Below, one piece after another: positions 12,286 to 23,733 of a DNA stretch of 64,000 nt. Source of the stretch: Cercozoa sp. M6MM. Taxonomy: Eukaryota > Protista > Endomyxa: Ascetosporea. Under the pieces are notes generated by a model, which saw nothing but the letters and a program-made list of their open reading frames with translations, searched no databases and was not told where the DNA came from. Position numbers and translations under genes: made by a program. The stretch is from assembly GCA_040357565.1 (NCBI GenBank), contig JBDODJ010000055.1. One strand, 5' to 3'. Numbering within the stretch: position 1 is the first letter of the stretch; every line of letters begins with the position of its first letter.

Positions 12286-13533
12286 CAATCACACACAGTG
12301 TGTTGTAGGGTGCGGGGTCTCCTTCATGCATTAGGACAGTACCTGATGCTGCTTTGGCTTGGAATACCTACAACAGAGCAAACACTGACGCCTTGCGGAC
12401 AGCGCATCGAGTACGCATACGACAACTTGCCGCTGTCTCACGAGGCACTCTTGGCATTCGCGGGCTTTGGCATGACACTTGTGTGTCTGGCACTCTGCAT
12501 CGCTATTGGACTCGTATGGCAACGCACCGTTGCTGGAGGACACTTCCCGCATGCGGCATCGCTTTCAATCGCTGTGTTTGCTGGATGCGTTACGCTTCAG
12601 GCAATCCTGGTACCAGTGTGCGACTGTGCCACAACTAACTGGCGCGGCGATGCTTTCAAGATGTTTCACTGGTTCGAACGCTCTGAAGGCTCTGGATTCG
12701 CTGGGGTTCTTCTGACGCTCTTGGCTTTGTAGCGTGCTTACATGTCTGTGCTTGTGTTTGGGTGTGAGTGTGTGACAACATTGTGTCCAACAGAACGGCG
12801 GGTACCATGCTGGCCGTGCCACTGTGCTACGTTTACCTGACTAAACTGCACATGGATGGGCGAATCGTCGATGTCTACCGCCGCATGCATGCGCAAGACA
12901 GCGTCTTCTACCTGGTAGAAACTCTCCCACAGTGAAGATACTCGCAGTTTTGTGTATGTATACTATTTGGTACTGCAGCCACACGACTTCGAGGTGTCTG
13001 CCGCATACGTAAAGCGTGAAATCTTCCACAGCACGGCCAAACGCAGCAGCGGCGATGCCTTGCGCGTTGTTGTGCGCTCTGTCACGCGCACTCGCGACAA
13101 TGGTGCTGTGGAGCAAGATCACTTGATTGCGCTGGTGCGTGAGAGTGCCTGGGGTGACGTTGTTCCGATGCGCCGCTTCATCGTGCGCTCCGATGGGGTA
13201 CGTACACATCCCATCGCGTATGAAAGTAACATAGGACTATTCCCACAGTCCATCCTCGAGGCGTTCCCCGACCTCCCAGAATTCGACATCTACGCGAGTC
13301 TGCTCAATGACATTGGGGCTTCTCTCCACGGTAGCTCAAACGACACCAAGCCCTGCGATGAAAAGGAGCGCGACGATTTCGAAGTCGCCGTTGACATTCT
13401 TTCGAACAAAGCGCATGGCTACCGCGACAGTCACAGCGAGAGTCGCAGTCGACGCAGCCTGAGCAGCAACGTATCATCAGGCGCTCAGAAAACTGGACCA
13501 CTTGTACAAACACTCGACCTGTCGCGTTTGTAA
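9868..13533 (+). CDS. OFCC1-like protein: coiled-coil, C2-like region and multi-TM segment, multi-exon
   Basis: Coiled-coil exon 10380-10600, motif WTVFPL...GQFKAPMLRG, hydrophobic TM exons 12300-12850, then LHMHGRIVDVYRRMHAQDSVFYL|PHDFEVS. These resemble OFCC1-family proteins from memory; not verified by search. Confidence 0.55.
12175..12283. repeat. Intronic (CA)n microsatellite with N gap. Similar (CA)n/(GT)n tracts at ~17083-17214, 21630-21673, 27933-28015, 28181-28218, 30033-30190, 31921-31984, 32869-32990 (followed by (CACAT)n), 38682-38780, 39298-39482, 52366-52490, 54491-54620, 60780-60875
   Basis: Directly visible. They cause the spurious HTHTH/CVCVC ORFs, and most N gaps sit in or beside them. 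Confidence 0.97.
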
Positions 13534-14586
13534 TTCGATTCATGCTGAGGTATGCCCGCGACTGGCATTGGTTAAGTAACTAAATAAACTGAACCCCCGA
13601 GTTTCGCCAGAGCAATTTGCCGCTTCACAGGCAGGGTTATCAATGCCGCTATCGACATTAGAGTATTGTACATTTTGGACGTCACTGCTCGCACTATCGA
13701 TAACGTCGCGAGATCAGGAAACAAAACTGGTCGTTCCCATGTGGAGATTGACGCCAGCGTTTCTAGTCTGTCGCGCGATCAGGCAGAATAAATGTTTGAA
13801 CCGGAAGTCTTGTCATTCGTCTCAGCATGCCGACGCTTTGCTCGCACACGGCGATTTGATGGTTCTTGAACCGTTAATGATACAAGGTCCAGCTTTGTCC
13901 GGCACGTGAGTTCAAAAACTGACCCAGTGCCACTTCAGGCTGTCTGATCGGCACACGCGCATGCTACTTACGTTGTGCACGAGCTCTGGTAATGCCATGG
14001 CCATGGGACGGGTGAAAGCTTGGAGGCTTTATCGAAGTCAATTAAATCAGCGCAAGCACTAACACGGCATAACGTATCAAGTGCAAAGGGACGAAGCTCC
14101 GCTGGATACGAGGTACCTGCAGTCAAAGTGCGTGAGCTGTAGAAAGCTTGACCCAAGCTAGGACAGGTCTGCACAACACTTGACAATGCAGGTAGAAGCC
14201 TCAGTATGTATTGCGGCAGGAGATACCTAGCAAACAAAATCCTTCATCGCTGACGAGTAGTCGGATGACAGACTTGATTGAGAAACGCTATGCCTTAACA
14301 CTTGGGAGTACGCTAAGAGGCCACGCCGGCAAGGGGAGCAGTTCAGAACTGAACTACCGTTCACGTCAGTTCAATTGATGAACCAGTTGGTACAATCAAT
14401 CAATCAATCAATAACTCTAGCATAGATCTAACCTAATGCAGGCGACGAGGCGAGGCTTCTAGCAATGAAGTACAGCAAGTACCACAACAAATCACCGTGA
14501 CCAGACGTCAGTTCGGGTCACCACCACGCAGTGTGCCGTCGGTGCAGTCTGTCTCTCTGCCAACAACACACAGCCACACACAAGCA

Positions 14587-17105
14587 CTAGACACACCAGA
14601 CTAAAAGAGCACCAACGGGTACCGGTCGATCCGGCGGTCGCTCCTGCACGGCGATGCGTTCCCACAGGTTGACGAGCTTGCCGACGCCACGCGACTCGTC
14701 AAGTAACTGTTCCGAGTCGGAGGCGCCGACGTCCTTCTTGACGTCGTCCGAGTAGTGCGTGCCAGTGCCAATGCTAGTGCCAGTGCCAGTGCCAGTGCGA
14801 GTGCTGGTGTACGGTGGGTCGCTGCCGGTCTTGGAGGTCGACGTGGAGCTGCTGTTGCTGCCGAGACGACGCAGACTCGGCCAGCGGCGAAAGCGCCGCC
14901 GCGATGGCGTGGTATTGGGCTCGTCACCACGGTCTTTCGTGTCGGCGTGTTTGTCGTTGTTGGCGCCTCCTTCTGGCGCATTGTCCTTGGCGATCTGCCT
15001 CCTGTTCAAATAGTATGATAACCTCCACCCCTTGTGAACACAAGGTCTCCCCTTCCCTAAAGTACCATCGGCGTAGCAAGGCACGAACGCGACCCATCTT
15101 GCTTTCGCTGCGTTCCTTGTTGCTTTCGTTGCTTTCGCTCGTGCTTTCGCTGATGCTTTCGTTGGTGCTGCTGGTGTCGTCGCTGTCATCGTCGTTGTCA
15201 TCGTCGTCGTCGGACCCAGCAGTGAGTCGCGTGTCCGACTGCGCGTGCGACGTCGGCGACAGCGGCTGCAGCTGCGGCAGGTCGCTCGCTCGCACACGCG
15301 ACATGCGACGCAGCTGCGGTGACCCGCACGGTGCCGTCACCGTCACACTCTGCTCCTGTCACCAGCCACAGGTCACCAGTCACCAGTCACCAGTCACCAG
15401 TCACCAGTCACCAGTCACATTAGTCGAACCGTTGGTATAACAAGTTACCGGCTCTGACTCGGACTCTGGAATCTCTTGCTCGCAGTCACGAATGGCTAGC
15501 AGCCACTAAACAACAAGGGGTGTGGGGGGGGGGGGGGTAAAAAGGAGTAAACATGCTACCTGCATGGCATCACGCACAGGCAGCAGTAGCCATACGGGCT
15601 CGTCGTCGGCATCGCGACAGCACAGTACGGCACTGCCACGCGGGTACCTCCGTCGGCCTCTCTCTGTAGCATTCACACACGCAAGGGTACACCCCTAGAG
15701 ATATGGAAGGACGGCAGCGTGTACCGTCCAGAGGCGGCACGATACGCGGTGTGGCAGCCTCAAAGAAGAGCACGCGGAAGGCGGCTCCGGCGTCGCGGTC
15801 CGCCGACGGCAGCAGGTGCAGCTCGTTGCGTACTAGCACACCAAAGCACGGCCGGAACTGCAGCGGTATCCGCTCGTCGCTCAACTCGGTGTCACTACCC
15901 AAGTGGTCGCTACCCACGTGGTCACTCTGATCGTTAGTGCCACTGGCACCGCCCTGGAGCGACGCGAGCCACCGTTCGGCACGTGCACTGCCGGGACCAA
16001 AGACCACGTCGAGCACGTCGTCATTTGGCACCGGTGTCGCTTCCTCCTCCTCGTCATCCTCGTCGAACGACTCCTCTGGTAGGTCGTCAAAGCCCTCTGA
16101 ATAATGGGTAATATGGGTAGGGTAGGGTAGGGTAGAGGTAGGGGTAAAGGTAGAGCAGGAAACAACACACCAGTGGCCAAGGCAACGTAGCCACAGCATC
16201 GCACGTCCTTTCGGTCCGCGCGGAAGGACAGTTCCGTCAACAGGTCCTCGCGGAGGTCGCGCGATTCCGGCGACAGCGGGAAACGGAACAAGGGCGTGCT
16301 CGAGGCCTTTTCCGTGCCCTGCGCCGCCGCTGCTATGGCCGGTGCCGAACCCGATGACCTGCGGGGTCGAGGGGTTAAATGCGGTTACAAGGGGATAGGC
16401 GGTTAAAGGGGGTAAGACAGGGGGTAAAGTGGGTATGACAGGGGGTAAAGTGGGTATGACAGGGGGGGGGGGGGGGGGGGGGTGATGGTACGCAGCAGCG
16501 ACTGACAACGGCAACGCGAACGACGCGCGCTCAGCCGCGGATCGAAAAGCGAATAGGAAGAGTTCTTCGCTAGCTACGCTCACGTCGGGAGTTTCACTGG
16601 CTACACAGGAACACATTTGACTCATCTAAACGTGCTCAAACTGCGTTGTTTGAGGCTGCGTGAGGTACGGATGTTGCGCAGGCAGAAGAGTCTCCGCGGC
16701 TGGCCGGTGCGACAGGCCACGACGCGTGTGCGCGCGTCCAGACAGAAGGAACGCGCCGCGTCGCACGGGTCGGCTTCACTGGCGTCCTCGCCGACATCAT
16801 AGACGCCTGGGGTGGGGGAAGACAAGGGTATCGAGGCACAAGGACGGCTGGGATAACAGTACTGATCTGTTTCGACATTGTCTCCAGCAGTAACAGAACG
16901 CGTTGCCACCGTCCTTCTTGCCAGCTAGAGAGTACTATACATCAAAAGAAAACTCCATATGGTCAAAATACAAGTACCGTTCTGACCCGGTGGCATACTC
17001 GTCCCAAGGCTGCCATCTGAAGGACACAGAAGTGAGAGGGCAAAGGGAAAGCTCCAAAGACGTGTGCTTGTGCGGTTGGACTTGTGTGTGTGTGTTTGCG
17101 TGTGC

Positions 17106-17156
<51 letters not shown>

Positions 17157-17166
17157 NNNNNNNNNN

Positions 17167-17216
<50 letters not shown>

Positions 17217-18111
17217 AAGTACTCATAGGCATGACCGAAGACAACAGGCATTCCGGCATAGTACTCGGCAAACTCTCGCGGCAGTCGCTGCACACATCCG
17301 CGAGAATGACAGAGTGACTTGATAACGGAGAAAGGAAACACTTACAATGCACAGCGGCAGCGGTTCGTCCTCTTCCTCCAGGACGTCCATGACACGCGAC
17401 GCAGTGTCGTGTCTGCGCATACACAACACAGCGTGATAGATGGGATAGTTTTCGCATCGAGAGGTACCGTATAAACCGTCGCACAACGTGACTGCCATGT
17501 GCTGACGCCGTAGCTACTCTGTGCACGCAAAGAGACAAGGAATAATGCGTGGGGATAAAGACAGCAAACATGCGGTAGAGTCGGTACCGATTGAGCACTT
17601 GCTGCTGCTGCTGCCGCGCGACGATACTCGACGGCGCGTTCGGGGGCGAGTTGGTGCCGGGCCCTGCAGGTGTCACTGTGTATAAGGTCTCCTTCCCTCT
17701 ACCAAAAAATACGACCAAGAGGGTACGAGGAGAACTCGGCGGCGACAAGGAGGCACCTCGCAGCGGCCACCTCGTTCTCTGCTCGGTCGGTACCTCCATG
17801 CGAGCTGCGTCCGGTGCGATCAGTCGTCTCGTCACCTGTAAGATTTACAACACACACATCGTACTGCTATACTGTTGTTGACTCAACACCTTACAGAGAC
17901 GAGGTCAGACCTACCAAATGATGCACGATCGTGTGTCGGCGCGACATATCATCCTGCGACGCGAGGATCTTCTGCGATGGCCGTTTTGATGGCTTTGCAA
18001 ATCTATCGTCCTGTGTTGAATACACCAAGTTGCATAGTGATCGAACAGAACGAGAAAGGAGAAAAGAGCACTCACTGCCAGTGAACGTGTGCGTCTGTGA
18101 ATTCGACTCAT
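14587..18111 (-). CDS. Hypothetical multi-exon protein with probable PH-like domains and acidic low-complexity regions
   Basis: Start MSRIHRRTRSLA at 18111, then short exons with GT-AG ends: RRLFCLRNI...EELFLFAFRSAAERASF and FRPCFGVLVRNELHLLP (PH-like), acidic tracts, last exon ...VGKLVNLWERIAV...WCV*. Confidence 0.5.
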
Positions 18112-18504
18112 TTCTGCTGCTGCGATTGTCCTTTTCGTTGAGTTGAGTTGAGAGATCAGCAGCAACGCTGACAGATGCCAGTTTCAGGCAGTGCTACACG
18201 TCGTGTCCCACAAGTTTCGCGCCTCTCGCGCACGGACGCACCTGCAAAGCGACCAGTCACTCCAAAAAAGCACACACGGCGATCGCTCTCGCGCCGCGGC
18301 TCGCTCAGCCGTCACTAAAAAGCCCAAGCACGCCTGTGCTTTGGCTAACTCGCCTCGATCGCTGGTTGCTAAACGCAATAATAGCCTGACTGTTATTTAT
18401 GACGTAGTTATTCATGCTCTTTTAGCACTCATAGGGCGGTATTTTTCGGCGTAACAACGTGCTCTTTTACTGTACCGCATGGTGACTAACGTCGTTCTTG
18501 CGCT

Positions 18505-19410
18505 TCAAAGTGGCGTTGTCGCTCTGTTGATGACGTGATACTCAATGCGAAGGTCGTGGTGCGCACGTGAGTACAGTCGATGCAGGAACTGCAGCGAGTG
18601 CTCGTCGGCCACGTGTTGCGAGTCGACAGTGAGCGATACCTGCGACGACCGGACCTGCAGTAGCTGCGCCAGCAGCTTGCGCACAGTCTGCGCAGTGCCT
18701 GTAGGGAAGATACACAGAGGAGAAGAGAACAAAAAGCGGACAGAAAAAAGGCCAGAGAAAGGAGCAAAGGTGAGTTAGAGAGTCAAAGGTACACGTTGGC
18801 TCAGTGCGCAAAAAGCGATTCTCGAGCTCGTGCGACGACTGATCGAGCGGACACAACTCGACAGTGAGCAGACCAGTGTCACTCAGGACCGAGACGGTGT
18901 CAACACCGTCAGTGTCACCCACCGAGCGATGCTGATCATTAATGACACGATCATCGGTGACGATTTCGGCGGCACCATCGGTGTCTCCGTTGCCGAAATC
19001 AACGAGAGCCAGGATGCGATCGAGCGCGGCGTCGAAGCGCACGGTCTCGCTGTCTGCGATGGCACGTGTCACACCGCCAGTGTCGCAGTCAGCCGAGCCA
19101 TGTGCCAATTCACGCAACTCAGTGGCTACGTGGCCCAGCATGGTGTTGCAGCCGGCACGCACGCAGGCCACCGGCATCGCAGAGGCCGAGCCACAGTGCG
19201 CCAGCAGGCACGTTAGGCAGCACGAGTGAGCGCACGGCTGCGCACACATACATCCCTTTTACCCACAGTACCCCTCCATCCTTTTGTGTCTACCTGCCTG
19301 TGCACTACCAAAATGGTGACGGCGCGCTGCAGCCACTTGGCGCACTTGGCGCACTTGAGCGCGCTCAAGTCACTCTCGCTGACCTGCACGTGTCCGTGTA
19401 AAACAGACAT
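18505..19410 (-). CDS. Polycomb group RING finger (PCGF/BMI1/DRIP-like) RING + RAWUL protein
   Basis: LKCAKCAKWLQRAVTIL|..PCAHSCCLTCL...C (C3HC4 RING), RFDAALDRILALV, and C-terminal LENRFLRTEP..TAQTVRKLLAQLLQVRSSQVSLTVDSQHVADEHSLQFLHRLY..LRIEY (RAWUL-like). Confidence 0.72.
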
Positions 19411-19793
19411 TAAGGATGCTCTGGGCGTACAAACCCTACGTGATAAGAGGTTTGACGCTTCCTCTTGCGCGGCTCTCTCTCCGTGTCGCTGTCGTCCGAC
19501 TCATCGGTTCCGCTGGCATCGTTCTCGATCTCGCTGTCATTTTGGAGCACGAACTCGCTTAGCTCATTTAAGGCTTCGTTCGTATCCATGATACTCTACG
19601 TGGTAGTAGCATCCGCCTAAACACGCCTGTGTCTCGCGAAAGCAACCTTGGTGTGACCATTCTTATTTGTGAAAAAAAAAACAAAGTAAAAGTCCGCGTT
19701 CTGTTTAGCGATTTGACAAGGCTCAAAGTGTGCTGAGTGCATTTCACTGTGTGATTATACAAGTGAGGGCTTGTCCGATCTTTTGTTTGAGAC

Positions 19794-21406
19794 ATGTGGG
19801 TGTCTTTCTCGAGCACACTGACCCGCCGCGCATGGTCCGCGCGGAGAACTTTTGCATCGGCACAGAAGGGCACGCGTGTGTTGCTCTCGGCCTCAAACGA
19901 CGCGCATTTTAACCTCGCTGTTGAGGATGCCATCTTCCGTGACATGCCGGTCGGTGCAGGTAGTTATTACCAGTCGTACTCGTTTACTGGACACGAGTTT
20001 ACTGAACATCTGCGTGTCTCTTAGGTGATCGCGTTCTATTCTTGTGGCGAAACTCGCCCACCGTGGTTATTGGCCGCGCACAAAATCCTGTATAGTGTCA
20101 TATTCATGTACCTGTGTCTGTTTGCTTGTACGTGTTACGAGCTGTCTCACAGTGGGTGGAGTGCAATACGCGGCGGATGGAACGCGACGGTATCACGCTC
20201 GCCCGACGACAGACAGGTACTGGGGCGTAAAAGGATTAGAAAAAGGAACCCACACTTGAGATGACACGACACAGGCGGCGGTGCTGTGTTTCATGACTTT
20301 GGCAACACTTGCTTCACCTTCATGTCGTCGAAAGAGTAATCATATCTGCCTGTCGACTTACCCTCTTGCCTTGCACCTGTTTTGTGGTAGGGACTACGAT
20401 CGAACCAAGAGTACAGATGTCGTGATCCGCGCATTGCGTAGACTCGGCGTGCAGGCACAAGCGAGTGGCCGCAACGACCTCGTCGTGCATGAAAGCGACA
20501 GCTCTGCGCAGGAGCAGGTACCTCAATCAAGTCTGTCCTTGGATCCCCACTGATTTCCGTCCGTTCCTTCCTTCCTCCAGACCGAAGGAGCACCAGTGTC
20601 GCCGAACGCACTGCCGCCGCGCAAAATCAGCGGCAGCGCGTACCGCGAGACTCGCGATCGTTGCTTCCACCATGGCACCGTGCTGATCGATGCCGATCTG
20701 ACGCGCCTGGGGAACTATCTGACACCGGACGAGAAGAAGCTTGTCAGCAAGGGTGTCACTTCGGTTCGCTCTCGAGTCGGCAACCTCGTCGACATGGTGC
20801 CCGATGGTGTGGTACACTGCGCTCTGCCTTTTTCTTTACCATCACCGATGGATACCCCCCCCCCCCTTCCGTAGGAGGTCAATCATGACGTGATCTGCGA
20901 CATGATCTCCGAGGAGTTCCAACGGTGGGTGGGACACGCAATCGAGCCAGAAGTTATCCACCCGGATCAGTTCGATCTCGGAGGTACTTTACTCCCTCGA
21001 GCACCCCTCTATCTAAACTACCCGTTCCTACCGCTCCACTAGGATTACAAGAGCGATACGATATGCAGCGCAGCGACGAGTGGAACTTTGGCCAGGCACC
21101 GCGTTTCGAGCACCACGTCGAGACGCGTTTCGAATGGGGTGGCTTGGCGCTGCACATTGACGTGCAGCGCGGTGCCACCATAAAGCAGGCCGTCGTTTTC
21201 ACGTACACCTCCATCGCAAAACCTCATGCCGGGCCTTAATCGTGTGAGTGTTTACTCTGTGCAGGGACGCACTGGACCCAACGCCGCTCGAGAACCTGGC
21301 TGCTGCTCTCCAGGGCGTTATCTATCGACCCGACGTTGTGGCCAACGTAGCCGCACAGTGCGGCTTGCCCGATGTGGCTCAGTGGCTTCGCACGGCCCTT
21401 GCATGA
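19794..21406 (+). CDS. lplA: Lipoate-protein ligase A with probable mitochondrial presequence
   Basis: [32 protein letters not shown]|[63 protein letters not shown]. The N-terminus [22 protein letters not shown] is Arg/Ser-rich with no acidic residues. Confidence 0.93.
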
Positions 21407-21629
21407 ATTCCATCGAACGGAAATCGTTCGAACTGTATCTCCGTGTTGGGTTCGCATTCAGTTCAGTAGGCTACACTGACATGTACAAGTAAAACGTGTT
21501 ATAAACGTATATACGTTCTCGGAAAATTCNNNNNNNNNNNNNNNNNNNNNNNNNNNNNNNNNNNNNNNNNNNNNNNNNNNNNNNNNNNNNNNNNNNNNNN
21601 NNNNNNNNNNNNNNNNNNNNNNNNNNNNN

Positions 21630-21678
<49 letters not shown>

Positions 21679-21719
21679 GGGGAACAGCGACACCGCTCGT
21701 CTAATGGGAAAAGTACACG

Positions 21720-23338
21720 TGTCCACCACAAACGACTACAATAATAGGTGCTTTTTCCGAGTAATCGTTGGACTCCGGTTCGGTGGCAGTAATGAGCCGG
21801 AGCAACGACTGGCGGTGCGTCTCGTCGTACAGACAGGCGAGAGCAGCGCCGCAGGACGGCTCGACCAAGCACCTCTCCTCCTCTGCTGGCAGAGGATACA
21901 GTCATCAATGTTACCGAGACAGAGACACGTACCCAGGAAGGCAGCGACCGCGCGAATCGCGTCGCTGTCGCTCACGACGACGCTGTGCACGCGAGGGTCG
22001 TGTGACTCACTGTTCGACTGATCGTGCGGCTTGGCGGCGTAGTCGCGGCACATGCGCAGAACGCCGCGACTGACGGCGAGAGCGCCGAGGGACTTGGCGA
22101 CGCTCGTGATGGCTGGCAGTGCGGGCGGTTCTCCCGTACCGTCAGCGCCACTCATCCAGGCCAGGTTAAACCTACACACATGGGGCAAAACATCGTTAGT
22201 AACGGTAGGGAGTGGAAGGGTTAAAGTGCTACGAGTGAGCGCCACAAGTCTCAGCTGCCACAACGAGAGGTTTCTGCGGAAGCTTCGAACAGCCTGTCAC
22301 GACGCCTCCAAGTAGACCGCTACAGAGAGGGTGTTAGGCACAAAAAAAAAAAACAGTGAGGGAAAGGACACGACTGTACATACCCGCCACCGACGGCACA
22401 CACGACGAGTGCGGGCCGCACGTGCGCCACCTCGGTCACCAGCGAGGCATGGCCTTCCCACAGAACCTGCAGGAGGTACAAGAGCTATCAAGGAGGGCAA
22501 GAACGAGAAGTTTAACAGGGAAGAGGACAGGCTCGTCGAAAGGCGGCACATAGACGGCGCCATGCTCGGCGCACAGTTGACGCGCCAACTGGTCGGCCGC
22601 GTTCCAGTTGGCACCGTGCACGTGCACCGTTGCACCCACCTGCACACGTACACAGTATATGGTCTAATCTAACCCATTCTAAGCTTCACTGAGATCTTTT
22701 GTACCGAGCTAATTTTGTTTCGCATCATTTCTGGCGTCGATTCCGGCACGACCTACATTTCAGAAAAACAAAAAGTTGAATTCAATTCGGGGCAGAGGTA
22801 ACTCCGCCTTTGAACTAAAGCACAGGTACCACCGTCACCTTCCATCCCAGTGCCTTGCCAACCTGTTCAGACAAGCAACTTTAAATACATTATAAGCTTC
22901 TACCGGCAAAAAAGCAAACAAACCGTGGCTGTGGCAAAGCCGGCGTTGCCACCAGAGCTGCTGACGGCCTCGCGTTTACCTAAATTCACATCAAGATGCG
23001 CAAAATTGTTCCTGTCTCGGCTCCACAGTTTTGTCTTAGCTCCTTAGTTTTGACTGCGCAGTACCTTTTTGGTGCTCACGAGTGAGCAGTTCGCCGATTC
23101 CGCGACACTTGAATGAGCCGCTGGAGAAGGCATCGTACGGCGTTTAAAACGCTCATCGCTCTTGTAAGTGGTTTACCTCGGTCGCATATTTTCCATCTTC
23201 AGGTAGACTGGCCGACCGCACCGCTCCGACAAGGACACACTCCGCAGCAACGGTCTGCCAAACAAGGTGACAAACTCCGCGAAAAAAAGACATTATGTAC
23301 GTGACCGCGCGGAAGGGATGTGATTCTGACAGTGTCAT
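21720..23338 (-). CDS. PLP-dependent L-serine/L-threonine dehydratase (SDS/CHA1-like); 3' end probably in the N gap
   Basis: Spliced: TPLLRSVSLSERCGRPVYLKMENMRPSGSFKCRGIG (PLP lysine), SSSGGNAG, YVPPFD, LWEGHASLV, AVGG|GGLLGG, ITSVAKSLGA, LVEPSCGAALA, VVVCGG. Confidence 0.9.
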
Positions 23339-23733
23339 CGCACTTATTTCGCTGACTGTAGTGCCAAAACTAAATTAAATCCGCTCTAGTGACTTGCAGT
23401 GGCACGGAAGCTACTGTACCACAGTACTGGAAATAAACAAATTATGGCTGGACCATTCTTTCGATTTTGCTCCGCGTTTGAAATGAAGCAATGCTGCTGA
23501 GTGCGCGAAATAAACTATGCCTGCACAAAAATTGACAAGCGAAGTCGAAGTTGGTGTACACCCACCGAGCCTCCCTGGCTGAGGTTGACTTCGACAGCAG
23601 GCTCCAAGACTCGCCTTGCGCGACACCGACTGCAAGCGCGACCATCTGACGCGTGATTCTCCGACTTCGACTGCCGCCCGGCCGGCGCGACTTACGCCTG
23701 ATGACGAGACGAACGACAGATAATAGAAACTAA

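Noticed and set aside
19794-23338. Metabolic gene cluster (LplA + serine dehydratase)
   Set aside because: Convergent orientation and unrelated neighbours; the adjacency is plausibly chance.
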